NCBI GenBank assembly: GCA_964219345.1
Contig: CAXPPN010000024.1
Span: forward strand, 33,554-97,553
Source of the DNA: Aeromicrobium sp.
Lineage (GTDB): Bacteria > Bacteroidota > Bacteroidia > Flavobacteriales > Flavobacteriaceae
Direction of reading: 5' to 3'
DNA length: 64,000 nt
The notes beneath the pieces were generated by a model. That model ran no database searches. It saw only the letters and a program-made list of their open reading frames with translations, and was not told the origin of the DNA. Both the position numbers and the translations under genes were made by a program. Below, piece after piece: positions 1 to 9,591 of the stretch. Numbering within the stretch: the first letter of the stretch is position 1; every line of letters begins with the position of its first letter.

Positions 1-551
1 GGGAAACTATTTTGGGAAGCTATGCTCAAAGTCAAGATGTTGTATACAGTCTTGCCGATATGTTTTATGGACTAATTCCAGGATCTATAGGAGAGACTTC
101 TAAAGTGCTAATCATTTTTGGAGCCCTATTCCTCATTTTCACAAAAGTTGGAAGTTGGCGAATTATGTTAAGTACTATTTTAGGAGCACTAGCAATGGGG
201 CTTATCTTTAATGGGGTTGTGGATGCAGGTATTATAACTTCTTCAAGTAAATTTTATGGATTGATGAGTGTTCCATTTTGGCAACACCTTATAATTGGAA
301 GCATCCTATTTGGAGCAGTTTATATGGCAACAGACCCTGTAACAGCAGCACAAACCAACAAAGGGAAGTGGATTTATGGATTCCTCATTGGGTTTATTTC
401 GATAATGATTCGAGTTTTTAACCCAGCTTATCCAGAGGGTGTATTCTTGGCAATTTTGCTAATGAATGTTTTTGCACCAACAATTGATCACTACGTAGTT
501 CAAGGCAACGTAAAGAAAAGAATGAAACGTTTAAAAGTAAAAACGGCATAA
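1..551 (+). CDS. nqrB: Na+-translocating NADH:quinone reductase subunit B, C-terminal part (5' end outside window)
   Basis: Frame is open to the window start. Polytopic membrane sequence with the YMATDPVTAA motif (NqrB FMN-attachment region). Directly followed by nqrCDEF. Confidence 0.88.
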   Translation, partial: ETILGSYAQSQDVVYSLADMFYGLIPGSIGETSKVLIIFGALFLIFTKVGSWRIMLSTILGALAMGLIFNGVVDAGIITSSSKFYGLMSVPFWQHLIIGSILFGAVYMATDPVTAAQTNKGKWIYGFLIGFISIMIRVFNPAYPEGVFLAILLMNVFAPTIDHYVVQGNVKKRMKRLKVKTA

Positions 552-555
552 TATT

Positions 556-1314
556 ATGAGTACCAATACAGAATCAAATAAATATACCATACTCTTTGCC
601 ATAGGAATGGTCGTTATTGTGGGATCGCTTTTAGCTTTTACAGCATCTTCTCTAAAGCCAAACATTAAAGAAAATGAGCGTATGGAAAAACAACAAAATA
701 TACTGTATGCTATGGGGGTTAATGATAATGGTGCTAATGATATTGTTTTCATAGGCACAGACAAAGTGGCATCAGAATTTTCTAAATATATTTCAAAACA
801 GTTGGTTTTGGATGCCAATGGCAATGCTGTTGAAAACAATGAAGCATACCTTATTGATGTTAAAAAAGAACAAGCCAAAGCAAAAAACGGTCAAACAAGA
901 GATTTACCACTTTTTATTGGAGAGAAAGATGGACAAACATTTTATATAGCACCTATTCGTGGAAAAGGATTGTGGGATGCCATATGGGGGTATATCGCAA
1001 TGGACAAGGATATGGTAATTCAAGGGGCGTATTTTGATCACAAAGGAGAAACACCGGGACTTGGTGCCAATATTAAGCAACGTTATTTTATGGACGACTT
1101 TTATGGTGAAAAACTGCTTACTGAATCTGGAGAATTCAAAGGCATAACTGTAGCTAAAGGCAACAATGACCCTAAAAATTTAATCAAAGACGATTATGAA
1201 GTTGATGCACTTGCAGGAGCAACCATTACAGGTGATGGTGTTTCAGCAATGATTAAGTCAGATTTAAAATTGTATTTACCATTTTTCAAGAACTTAAAAA
1301 ATCAAACCAACTAA
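556..1314 (+). CDS. nqrC: Na+-translocating NADH:quinone reductase subunit C
   Basis: 252 aa with an N-terminal TM segment and the FMN-binding motif LAGATITGDGV. Sits between nqrB and nqrD. Confidence 0.9.
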   Translation: MSTNTESNKYTILFAIGMVVIVGSLLAFTASSLKPNIKENERMEKQQNILYAMGVNDNGANDIVFIGTDKVASEFSKYISKQLVLDANGNAVENNEAYLIDVKKEQAKAKNGQTRDLPLFIGEKDGQTFYIAPIRGKGLWDAIWGYIAMDKDMVIQGAYFDHKGETPGLGANIKQRYFMDDFYGEKLLTESGEFKGITVAKGNNDPKNLIKDDYEVDALAGATITGDGVSAMIKSDLKLYLPFFKNLKNQTN

Positions 1315-1316
1315 TT

Positions 1317-1961
1317 ATGGGACTACTATCAAAAAAAGACGCTAAGTTAATAACAGACCCCTTAGCAGATAACAACCCAATCACAATACAAGTTTTAGGA
1401 ATCTGTTCTGCATTAGCAATTACAGCAGAGTTAAAAGCCTCCTTGGTGATGGGAATTGCAGTACTTTTTGTATTAGGTATAGGAAATGTAGTAATTTCAT
1501 TGATACGAAATATTATTCCTTCAAAAATTAGAATTATAGTTCAACTCATTGTCGTTGCTTCACTGGTAATTATTGTTGATCAAGTTTTAAAAGCTTTTGC
1601 CTACGAATTAAGCAAAACATTATCTGTTTTTGTAGGATTAATTATAACCAACTGTATTATTATGGGACGCTTTGAAGCTTTTGCACTTGGAAATGGTCCA
1701 TGGAGAGCATTTTTAGATGGTGTTGGTAATGCTTTAGGTTATGCTGTAATTCTATTGGTAGTTGGATTTTTTAGAGAACTATTAGGCTCTGGAACATTAT
1801 TTGGGATTCCTGTTCTTGGAGATCCAATCGAAAAAACTGGTCTATATTCTATTGGTTATGAAAACAATGGATTTATGCTTATGCCTCCAATGGCACTTAT
1901 AATTGTTGGACTCATCATTTGGGTACAACGTAGTAGAAATAAAGCCTTAATTGAAGATTAA
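1317..1961 (+). CDS. nqrD: Na+-translocating NADH:quinone reductase subunit D
   Basis: 214 aa polytopic RnfE/NqrD-like sequence (NPITIQVLGICSALA) in operon context. Confidence 0.9.
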   Translation: MGLLSKKDAKLITDPLADNNPITIQVLGICSALAITAELKASLVMGIAVLFVLGIGNVVISLIRNIIPSKIRIIVQLIVVASLVIIVDQVLKAFAYELSKTLSVFVGLIITNCIIMGRFEAFALGNGPWRAFLDGVGNALGYAVILLVVGFFRELLGSGTLFGIPVLGDPIEKTGLYSIGYENNGFMLMPPMALIIVGLIIWVQRSRNKALIED

Positions 1962-1989
1962 ATCTATTAAAAAAATAAAATAAAAAACA

Positions 1990-2724
1990 ATGATAGAACA
2001 CATCGAATTATTTTTTAAATCCATTTTTATTGATAATATGGTGTTTGCAGTTTTTTTGGGCATGTGCTCATATTTAGCTGTATCAAAAAAAGTATCCACT
2101 GCAGTTGGCTTGGGTGCTGCAGTCATTTTTGTATTAGCAATTACAGTACCTTTAAACTGGTTGTTAGATCAATATTTGCTACAGCCAGGAGCGTTATCAT
2201 GGTTAGGTGAAGAGTTTGCAGATTACGATTTAGGTTTTCTTTCTTTCATCATGTTTATTGCAACAATTGCAACAATGGTACAATTGGTTGAAATTATAGT
2301 AGAAAAATTCTCACCATCTTTGTACAATTCTCTTGGAATATTCTTGCCATTAATTGCAGTAAACTGTGCCATTTTAGGAGGTTCATTGTTTATGCAATCT
2401 CGAGAAATAGAAACCTTTGGACTAGCTGTTAATTATGGAATTTCATCTGGTATAGGATGGTTTTTGGCCATTTTAGCCATTGCTTCGATTCGCGAAAAAA
2501 TCAGATACTCAAATGTTCCTGGGCCACTAAGAGGACTTGGAATTACCTTTATAGTTACGGGTCTAATGGGAATAGGTTTCCTTAGTTTTGGAGGCATGCT
2601 AACAGGTGGAGATGAAGCTCCAAAAGAAGCGACTCAAGTTAATGAAACAGTCAAAATAGAAAACCTAGAGCCTGTAATTGAAAAAGAAAAAGAAATTGTA
2701 ACCATTACTAAATCAGATAACTAA
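1990..2724 (+). CDS. nqrE: Na+-translocating NADH:quinone reductase subunit E (with hydrophilic C-terminal tail)
   Basis: RnfA/NqrE-like polytopic membrane sequence in operon context. It carries an extra E/K/T-rich tail of about 40 aa. Confidence 0.88.
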   Translation: MIEHIELFFKSIFIDNMVFAVFLGMCSYLAVSKKVSTAVGLGAAVIFVLAITVPLNWLLDQYLLQPGALSWLGEEFADYDLGFLSFIMFIATIATMVQLVEIIVEKFSPSLYNSLGIFLPLIAVNCAILGGSLFMQSREIETFGLAVNYGISSGIGWFLAILAIASIREKIRYSNVPGPLRGLGITFIVTGLMGIGFLSFGGMLTGGDEAPKEATQVNETVKIENLEPVIEKEKEIVTITKSDN

Positions 2725-2725
2725 C

Positions 2726-4036
2726 ATGATTATTTTAGCTGCTGGAACAACCGGAACTGTCATAGCTACTGTCGTAGCATTCTTAGTAATTTCACTAATA
2801 CTTGTAAGTGTACTTCTTTTTGTAAAACAAAAATTATCTCCTTCAGGGCCTGTAAAAATCTTGATCAATGGCGAAAGAGAAATTGAAGTGTCATCTGGAG
2901 GAACACTGTTATCTACACTTGGGAATCAGAAAATATTTTTGCCATCTGCTTGTGGAGGTGGAGGAACCTGTATTCAATGTGAATGTCATGTACTCTCAGG
3001 TGGTGGAGAAGCCCTACCAACAGAAACACCTCATTTTTCTAGAAAAGAATTGCAAAGCGGTGCCCGATTATCTTGTCAAGTAAAAGTAAAACAAGACATG
3101 GAAATTACCATTCCAGAAGAAGTTTTTGGGATAAAAAAATGGGAAGCTACTGTTGTTAGAAACTATAATGTAGCCTCTTTTATCAAGGAATTTGTTGTTG
3201 AAATTCCAGAAGATATGGGCTATAAAGCTGGTGGATATATTCAAATTGAAATCCCAGCTTGCGAAATTAATTATAAAGATATAGATATCACAGCGCATCC
3301 AGAGGAGCACGATGATCCAAAAAAATTCCAAGCCGAATGGGACAAATTTGGATTGTGGCCTCTAACAATGAAAAATACTGAAACGGTAGAGCGTGCCTAT
3401 TCAATGGCATCTTACCCAGCAGAAGGACGGGAAATCATGCTTAATGTCCGTATTGCAACCCCACCATGGGATCGCTCAAAAAATGGATGGATGGATGTTA
3501 ATCCTGGAGTAGCCTCATCTTATATATTTGCTCAAAAGCCTGGTGATAAAGTTACCATTTCTGGACCTTATGGAGAATTCTTTATCAACGAGAGTGAATC
3601 AGAAATGCTTTATGTTGGCGGGGGTGCTGGAATGGCACCAATGCGTTCACATTTGTATCACTTGTTCAAAACCTTAAAAACAGGACGAAAAGTGACATAC
3701 TGGTATGGAGGTCGTTCAAAAAGAGAATTATTCTATTTAGATCATTTTAATCAATTAGAAAAAGAATTTCCTAATTTCAAATTCTACTTAGCACTTTCTG
3801 AGCCATTAGAAGAAGACAATTGGAAAGTCAAAGAAAATATAGATGCACCAGGAGATGGTTTTATTGGATTTATTCACAATTGTGTAATCGATAATTATTT
3901 AAATCATCACGAAGCTCCAGAAGACATTGAGCTCTATTTCTGTGGCCCTCCACTAATGAATAAAGCGGTTCAAAAAATGGGTGAAGACTTTGGAATTCCA
4001 GACGAACACATCCGATTTGATGATTTTGGAGGATAA
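2726..4036 (+). CDS. nqrF: Na+-translocating NADH:quinone reductase subunit F
   Basis: N-terminal TM segment, 2Fe-2S ferredoxin motif CGGGGTCIQCEC, FAD motif RAYSMAS, and NAD-binding GGGAGMAPM. Confidence 0.93.
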   Translation: MIILAAGTTGTVIATVVAFLVISLILVSVLLFVKQKLSPSGPVKILINGEREIEVSSGGTLLSTLGNQKIFLPSACGGGGTCIQCECHVLSGGGEALPTETPHFSRKELQSGARLSCQVKVKQDMEITIPEEVFGIKKWEATVVRNYNVASFIKEFVVEIPEDMGYKAGGYIQIEIPACEINYKDIDITAHPEEHDDPKKFQAEWDKFGLWPLTMKNTETVERAYSMASYPAEGREIMLNVRIATPPWDRSKNGWMDVNPGVASSYIFAQKPGDKVTISGPYGEFFINESESEMLYVGGGAGMAPMRSHLYHLFKTLKTGRKVTYWYGGRSKRELFYLDHFNQLEKEFPNFKFYLALSEPLEEDNWKVKENIDAPGDGFIGFIHNCVIDNYLNHHEAPEDIELYFCGPPLMNKAVQKMGEDFGIPDEHIRFDDFGG

Positions 4037-4060
4037 AATAAATTATCTTTATATTCACTA

Positions 4061-4097
4061 AAAAAGCTCAACAGAAATGTTGGGCTTTTTGTATTTT
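4061..4097 (+). terminator. Rho-independent terminator after nqrF
   Basis: 9-bp stem AGCTCAACA / TGTTGGGCT (one G-U pair) with a GAAA tetraloop, flanked by A5 and T5, then GTATTTTT. It starts 25 nt after the nqrF stop. Confidence 0.6.
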
Positions 4098-4099
4098 TG
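4092..4099 (+). promoter_or_regulatory. Candidate Bacteroidota -7 promoter box (TATTTTTG)
   Basis: Matches TAnnTTTG and lies 5 nt upstream of the ATG at 4104. Confidence 0.3.
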
Positions 4100-4103
4100 T
4101 AAT

Positions 4104-4481
4104 ATGTCAAAGCCACTCACAGAACAAGAACTTCATAACTTAGCAATGAACCATGTTGGTAAGGATTTAGAGGCTAGAGGATTCGAATTTGTAGCCATTA
4201 ATAGTAATTTAAAAAAACATCCACAATTTGTATGTATTGATAAAAACAACCAATATTTTTTTGTGATCGTCCGTGTGGTAAAATTACCAGAAAACCCTAA
4301 CAATTATGATGTTGTTTGGATGGAAACATTCAAAAAACATGCTTTCGAAAAAGATGCAAAAGTGCTCTATGCTGGGGTAGCTGTAGGAAATCCCAACGGC
4401 AAGGATTTACCAGTGTATCTTAATCAAGACTACTTGATGGAATACAATGGTATTCAAGTCATTGAAACCAATATGAACTAA
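4104..4481 (+). CDS. hypothetical protein (125 aa) between nqrF and apbE
   Basis: ORF-track 4077 start lies inside the terminator hairpin, so the second ATG at 4104 (MSKPLTEQ...) is preferred. No family recognised. Confidence 0.55.
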   Translation: MSKPLTEQELHNLAMNHVGKDLEARGFEFVAINSNLKKHPQFVCIDKNNQYFFVIVRVVKLPENPNNYDVVWMETFKKHAFEKDAKVLYAGVAVGNPNGKDLPVYLNQDYLMEYNGIQVIETNMN

Positions 4482-4491
4482 TTATAACAAC

Positions 4492-5454
4492 ATGAAAAAA
4501 ATAGTTTTATTTATTTTTTTAGGGTTGCTTTCTTGTACAAATAGCGTCAAACAGCAGCGTAATTCTGGTGGTGTTTTTGGAACAACATATAGTATTATAT
4601 ACGACAGTAATGAAGATTTTCAGCAGGAATTCGAGCAGATTTTTAATGACATTAATCATTCAATGTCTACATATATTCCCAACTCTATAATTTCTGAAGT
4701 CAATAACAATAGAATAACTAAAATTGACACTCACTTCAAAACAGTTTTTGAGACTTCAAAACGAGTTTTTGATGAAACTAGCGGTCGTTTTGATCCCACT
4801 ATTGGGGCGGTTGTCAATGCGTGGGATTTTGGTCCTGAGGGAAAAATTGAACAACTTGACAGTGTAAAAATAAAAAATCTAATGCAGTCTGTTGGCCTCA
4901 ATAAAGTTTCTGTAGAAGGATTTCAAATCAAAAAGCCAAGCGCTACTAAAATTGATTTTAATGCCATTGCAAAAGGATATGGTGTTGATCAAATAGGGTA
5001 TTTTTTAGAGTCTAATAGTGTTTCAAATTTTTTGGTTGAAATTGGTGGAGAAATTGTTTGTAAAGGGATAAATTCTTCAAAAGGAACCCCTTGGAAAATT
5101 GGTATACAAAACCCAAACATAGAGAGTGATTTTCCTTTTCTCAATAGTGTTGAACTCAACAATAAGGCAATGGCCACATCAGGAACATATAGAAAATATA
5201 AAGTTGATGAAAATGGACGGCGCTACACGCACATTATTGATGCCAAAACAGGTTATCCTAGCCGATCAAATATTTTGAGCATTTCTGTGATTGCCGAAAA
5301 TTGTATGGCTGCTGATGCCTATGCAACAGCACTTCAGACTATGAATTTAGAAGAATTATCCAATTTTTTAAGCAATCACCTTGAATTGAAAGTTTATATC
5401 ATTTTTGAAAATGAAAATAAAGAATTAGAATATAAATCCTTTAATGGGTTTTAG
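4492..5454 (+). CDS. apbE: FAD:protein FMN transferase ApbE (lipoprotein)
   Basis: Lipobox LLSCTNS, ApbE-type motifs (AKGYGVD, ATSGTYRKY), and position downstream of nqr. Confidence 0.87.
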   Translation: MKKIVLFIFLGLLSCTNSVKQQRNSGGVFGTTYSIIYDSNEDFQQEFEQIFNDINHSMSTYIPNSIISEVNNNRITKIDTHFKTVFETSKRVFDETSGRFDPTIGAVVNAWDFGPEGKIEQLDSVKIKNLMQSVGLNKVSVEGFQIKKPSATKIDFNAIAKGYGVDQIGYFLESNSVSNFLVEIGGEIVCKGINSSKGTPWKIGIQNPNIESDFPFLNSVELNNKAMATSGTYRKYKVDENGRRYTHIIDAKTGYPSRSNILSISVIAENCMAADAYATALQTMNLEELSNFLSNHLELKVYIIFENENKELEYKSFNGF

Positions 5455-5455
5455 T

Positions 5456-6250
5456 CTAACTAATAAGTGCAGCTTCTTTGTCTTTCAAAATACTTTTGTA
5501 AATATGATTCCAAAGCATTAATCGGTGTTCTAATGCTTGTTTTGCAGTTTTAAGAACTTCGTTCCATTTTTCAGTATCATTTCCACAAAGTGTTTCAACC
5601 ATTTGCAATGAAATTGGGCCATGCTCGTCGCCATCAATTTCTATGTGTCTTTGTAAGTAATACAGTAGTTTGCTGTAGCGATTGTCTTTTTCACTTGTTT
5701 TGGACTGTTGTATAATTTTTAAGAACATATCTGGAATAACATCCTCTCTACCAAAGGTAAAAGCAGAAGCAATACAATGTGGTTTTTGAGTTTTAATCAC
5801 ATCAAAAGTAAAGTTGATGAACTTGCAAATTTCCGTATCAATTTGTTGATTTTCCAAAGCTGTATTGATATCATTACCTTGAGATAAGCTGTATAAAAAT
5901 GATTTAATACCTGAAGGATCTGCCTGAATTTGATCCATGGCATCCATATACATTTCATAATGACTCTTTGCCTCGCCAAGTTCATTGACATCGCTTTCTT
6001 CTCCCATCACAATTTCATTAATAAAACGTGCAGCCTCTCCATGTCCTTTTGGAGTCCATGGAATACAAGTTGTGGTCAAATGATTTTGAAGTGCTTTAAG
6101 CAATGACATAAAATCCCACACAGCAAAAACATGAATTTCCATAAATGTTTTGATGTCATCAATAGTTTCAAGAGTTTTGTAGAGTGGATGCTGATTAATT
6201 TGTTGTCTCAAATCAATTAGTTCATTTTCAACATATTGGATAGGCTTCAT
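5456..6250 (-). CDS. DUF3050-like (heme-oxygenase-like fold) protein
   Basis: 264 aa. The HVFAVWDFMSLLKALQ motif is recalled from the DUF3050 family. No search was run. Confidence 0.55.
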   Translation of the reverse strand: MKPIQYVENELIDLRQQINQHPLYKTLETIDDIKTFMEIHVFAVWDFMSLLKALQNHLTTTCIPWTPKGHGEAARFINEIVMGEESDVNELGEAKSHYEMYMDAMDQIQADPSGIKSFLYSLSQGNDINTALENQQIDTEICKFINFTFDVIKTQKPHCIASAFTFGREDVIPDMFLKIIQQSKTSEKDNRYSKLLYYLQRHIEIDGDEHGPISLQMVETLCGNDTEKWNEVLKTAKQALEHRLMLWNHIYKSILKDKEAALIS

Positions 6251-6272
6251 CGTATAATTTTTTATAATAAAA

Positions 6273-7082
6273 CTATAATCTAAATTCTAATTCTTCATCA
6301 GTTTCAATACCAAGTGCTTCATTAATGTAGGCAAATGTTGAAAGGAGTTCGGGTTTTCCGTCGACTAGTGCAATATTATGTTCAAAATGTGCGCTTGGCA
6401 AATTGTCTTTTGTTGTAATGGTCCATCCATCGTTGTGATGTTTTATGCGATGTGTTCCCATGTTAATCATAGGTTCAATGGCAACAACCATTCCATCCAA
6501 AAACTTTTTTCCACGACCTCTTTTTCCATAGTTAGGCATTTCTGGTTCTTCGTGCATAACACGCCCCAAACCATGTCCTACTAGCTCTCTTACAACACCA
6601 TAACCAAAAGATTCACAATAATTTTGAATGGCATAACCAACATCTCCAACACGGTTATTTTTTTTGAATGCTCTAATTCCTTCATAAAGTGATGCCTTTG
6701 TTACCTCCAACAATTTTTGTGTTTCAACAGAGATTTCTCCTACAGCAAATGTGTAGGCATGGTCGCCATAAAATTCATTTTTTAGTGCGCCACAATCAAT
6801 TGAAATGATATCACCTTCTTTAAGGGGGGTATCGTTTGGAATACCATGAACGACTTGCTCGTTTGGACTCATACAAAGTGTATTAGGGAAATCATATAAC
6901 CCCAAAAATCCTGGAATGGCTCCGTGGTCTCTTATAAAAGTTTCTGCTAAAGCATCGAGTTGAAGTGTTGTAACTCCAGGACGAACTTCTTTTGCAAGCA
7001 TTCCAAGAGTTTTTGACACAATCAGTGCGCTCTCGCGAATGCATTCAATTTCTTCAGCAGTCTTTAAATTTAGCATCTTCAT
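6273..7082 (-). CDS. map: type I methionine aminopeptidase
   Basis: MAP1 motifs (HGIPN, DCGA, GHGLG, EP). Start chosen at an internal ATG (MKMLNLKTAEEIE). Confidence 0.9.
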   Translation of the reverse strand: MKMLNLKTAEEIECIRESALIVSKTLGMLAKEVRPGVTTLQLDALAETFIRDHGAIPGFLGLYDFPNTLCMSPNEQVVHGIPNDTPLKEGDIISIDCGALKNEFYGDHAYTFAVGEISVETQKLLEVTKASLYEGIRAFKKNNRVGDVGYAIQNYCESFGYGVVRELVGHGLGRVMHEEPEMPNYGKRGRGKKFLDGMVVAIEPMINMGTHRIKHHNDGWTITTKDNLPSAHFEHNIALVDGKPELLSTFAYINEALGIETDEELEFRL

Positions 7083-7136
7083 AGAAACCACAAAGATACT
7101 TAAAAACTTTAGTTTGATTCTAAAATTTATGCAGTT

Positions 7137-8651
7137 TTAAACCAATGATTTTTGGCTCATAGCAGCTGGTTTATCAATACCAATTAATTTTAAAATTGTA
7201 GGTGCGATATCGCCTAAAATTCCATTTTGAATTTGATCTAAATCATTATCAATCAGTATGATTGGCACAGGATTAGTCGTGTGTGCAGTATGTGGTGATC
7301 CGTCTGGATTGATCATTGTTTCACAGTTTCCATGATCCGCAATAAGTAGGGTGGTATATTGGTGTTTTAAAGCGGTATTGACCACATCTTTCACACATTC
7401 ATCTACGGCCTCACAAGCTTTAATGGCAGCTTCCATAACACCTGTATGACCAACCATATCTCCATTGGCAAAATTTAAGCAAACAAAATCAGTTTTTTCT
7501 GCTTTCAAAACAGGGATAAGTGCATCACGTAGTTCATAAGCACTCATTTCGGGTTTAAGGTCATATGTGGCCACTTTTGGAGAATTTTTTAAAATGCGTT
7601 CTTCACCCTTAAAAGGTGTTTCTCTACCCCCTGAAAAGAAAAAAGTAACATGTGGATATTTTTCAGTTTCTGCAATCCGAAGTTGTGTTTTTCCATGAGC
7701 TTCAAGAACTTCTCCTAAGGTCTCGTTCAGGTTTTCTTTGTTGAAAATAACATCAATATTCTTGAAATTATCATCATAATTTGTCATGGTCACATACTTC
7801 AAATCTAAAGCATGCATATTATATTCATGAAAATCTTTTTGACTTAAAACCTCAGTTAATTGACGACCACGATCTGTTCTAAAATTAAAAAACAACACCA
7901 CATCTCCATCATTGATGGTCGCAACAGGTTCATCATTATTGGTAACAATTATAGGTTTAAGAAACTCATCGGTTATGTCTTCATCATAACTATTTTGAAT
8001 GCTAGAGGTCACATTTTTTGAATATTCTCCTTTACCATTTACAAGTGCTTCATAAGCAAGTTGTGTGCGTTCCCAACGCTTATCTCTATCCATTGCATAG
8101 TAGCGTCCAGTTACTGTAGCCAATTGTACAGACGATTTTTCTAGACGTGATTCTAACTCGGTTATAAAACCAAACCCTGATTTTGGATCTACATCTCTAC
8201 CATCTGTAAAAGCATGAACAAATCCTTTTTCTATTTTGTTTTCTTCTAAATTCTCAATGATTCCAAATAGGTGATTGATGTGAGAATGTACACCGCCATC
8301 ACTTAATAAGCCCAATAAATGGATAGGTTTATTTTGTGCTTTTGCATAAGCAATAGCATCTTTCAAAACCGTTTCATTACCCAAAGTTTTATTTGTGACA
8401 GCTAAATTAATTTTTGCTAAATCTTGATAAACAATTCGTCCAGCACCAAGATTCATATGACCAACTTCGCTATTCCCCATTTGTCCTTCGGGGAGGCCAA
8501 CGTGAAGCCCATCTGTTCTTAGACTTGCGTGAGCAAAGTTGTTGTATAATCCATCTATAAAAGGTGTATTTGCGTGGTCAATAGCCGATACTTTTGGGTC
8601 GGGAGAAGTTCCCCAACCGTCCAAAATCATTAAAATTACTTTCTTATTCAT
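7137..8651 (-). CDS. gpmI: 2,3-bisphosphoglycerate-independent phosphoglycerate mutase
   Basis: 504 aa with LMILDGWG, NSEVGHMN and ADHGN motifs. Confidence 0.93.
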   Translation of the reverse strand: MNKKVILMILDGWGTSPDPKVSAIDHANTPFIDGLYNNFAHASLRTDGLHVGLPEGQMGNSEVGHMNLGAGRIVYQDLAKINLAVTNKTLGNETVLKDAIAYAKAQNKPIHLLGLLSDGGVHSHINHLFGIIENLEENKIEKGFVHAFTDGRDVDPKSGFGFITELESRLEKSSVQLATVTGRYYAMDRDKRWERTQLAYEALVNGKGEYSKNVTSSIQNSYDEDITDEFLKPIIVTNNDEPVATINDGDVVLFFNFRTDRGRQLTEVLSQKDFHEYNMHALDLKYVTMTNYDDNFKNIDVIFNKENLNETLGEVLEAHGKTQLRIAETEKYPHVTFFFSGGRETPFKGEERILKNSPKVATYDLKPEMSAYELRDALIPVLKAEKTDFVCLNFANGDMVGHTGVMEAAIKACEAVDECVKDVVNTALKHQYTTLLIADHGNCETMINPDGSPHTAHTTNPVPIILIDNDLDQIQNGILGDIAPTILKLIGIDKPAAMSQKSLV

Positions 8652-8728
8652 TAGTGTTGGTTAAGTCACAAAGATAAGAAGTTTTTGAGTTTTAAAACAA
8701 GATAGTTTGGTGTAACTTTAATCTGTTA

Positions 8729-9496
8729 TTATTGATATTTTTCTATGGCTTGTCTTATTTTTTCAATCCGATTTTCTGGATCTGGATGTGTACTCTGAAA
8801 TTCTGGTGCTCTGTTGGGGCCAGCGGCATCTTTTAAAATTTTCATGACTCCAATAAGTGCTTCAGGGTTATAACCCGCTTGAATCATAAACTGTACCCCA
8901 AGATCATCACTCTGAAGTTCATCGTCTCGACCATATTTCATATTAATAAGTTGTGCAACTGCTGCCGCTACTTGAGCAGCTGAAGGATCGACACCCACGG
9001 CCACACCGCTTAAAATACCTTGCGTAAGTCCATCTTTGGCAATACGTTCTGCAGAGTGTCGCCCCAATACATGTCCAATTTCATGTCCAATAATACCTGC
9101 CAATTGATCAATATTTTCGAGTTTTGAAAATAGTGCGTAGGTAATAAAAATTTGACCACCTGGAAGTGCAAAGGCATTTATAGTACGTTCATCGGCCAAT
9201 AAATGAAAATCAAATTTATAGTTGCTATCTTTTGCAATACTATTGTTTACTAATTTTTTTCCAACACGATCCACTGCGTCTTGATATTGCGTGTCTGGAT
9301 GAAGCCCACCATGCTGATGAGCCATTTGTGGTGCAGCATTCAATCCCATTGCAATTTCTTCGGTTTCACTCAATCCAATGTGCTGTTTTTCATTGGTATA
9401 TGGGTTAATTTCTGCGCTTGAACAATATTTTAGAACTGCAAACAAAACCAGTCCAGCTCCAATAATTAATCTAATTTTTCTTCCGCCTCTAAGCAT
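8729..9496 (-). CDS. M48 family zinc metallopeptidase
   Basis: HEIGHVLGRH zinc motif and an N-terminal membrane anchor. Confidence 0.8.
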   Translation of the reverse strand: MLRGGRKIRLIIGAGLVLFAVLKYCSSAEINPYTNEKQHIGLSETEEIAMGLNAAPQMAHQHGGLHPDTQYQDAVDRVGKKLVNNSIAKDSNYKFDFHLLADERTINAFALPGGQIFITYALFSKLENIDQLAGIIGHEIGHVLGRHSAERIAKDGLTQGILSGVAVGVDPSAAQVAAAVAQLINMKYGRDDELQSDDLGVQFMIQAGYNPEALIGVMKILKDAAGPNRAPEFQSTHPDPENRIEKIRQAIEKYQ

Positions 9497-9562
9497 AATT
9501 TTGTGTTTTTCGTCATTAGATTAGACACAATTTATTTTAAAAAGTCACAAAAAATTTAATTG

Positions 9563-9570
9563 TATTTTTG
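9563..9570 (+). promoter_or_regulatory. Candidate -7 promoter box (TATTTTTG)
   Basis: TAnnTTTG match 22 nt upstream of the GNAT gene ATG. Confidence 0.3.
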
Positions 9571-9591
9571 GTTTTTTATAAATGAGACCAT

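Noticed and set aside
2868-3083. 71-aa alternative-frame ORF inside nqrF, together with other short same-strand or antisense ORFs nested in core genes.
   Set aside because: They are nested in strongly supported CDS and have no independent signals.
4077-4103. ORF-track start (ATG 4077, MLGFLYFCN...) for the gene after nqrF.
   Set aside because: This ATG sits in the loop and 3' arm of the nqrF terminator hairpin. The second ATG at 4104, downstream of a -7 box, is more plausible.
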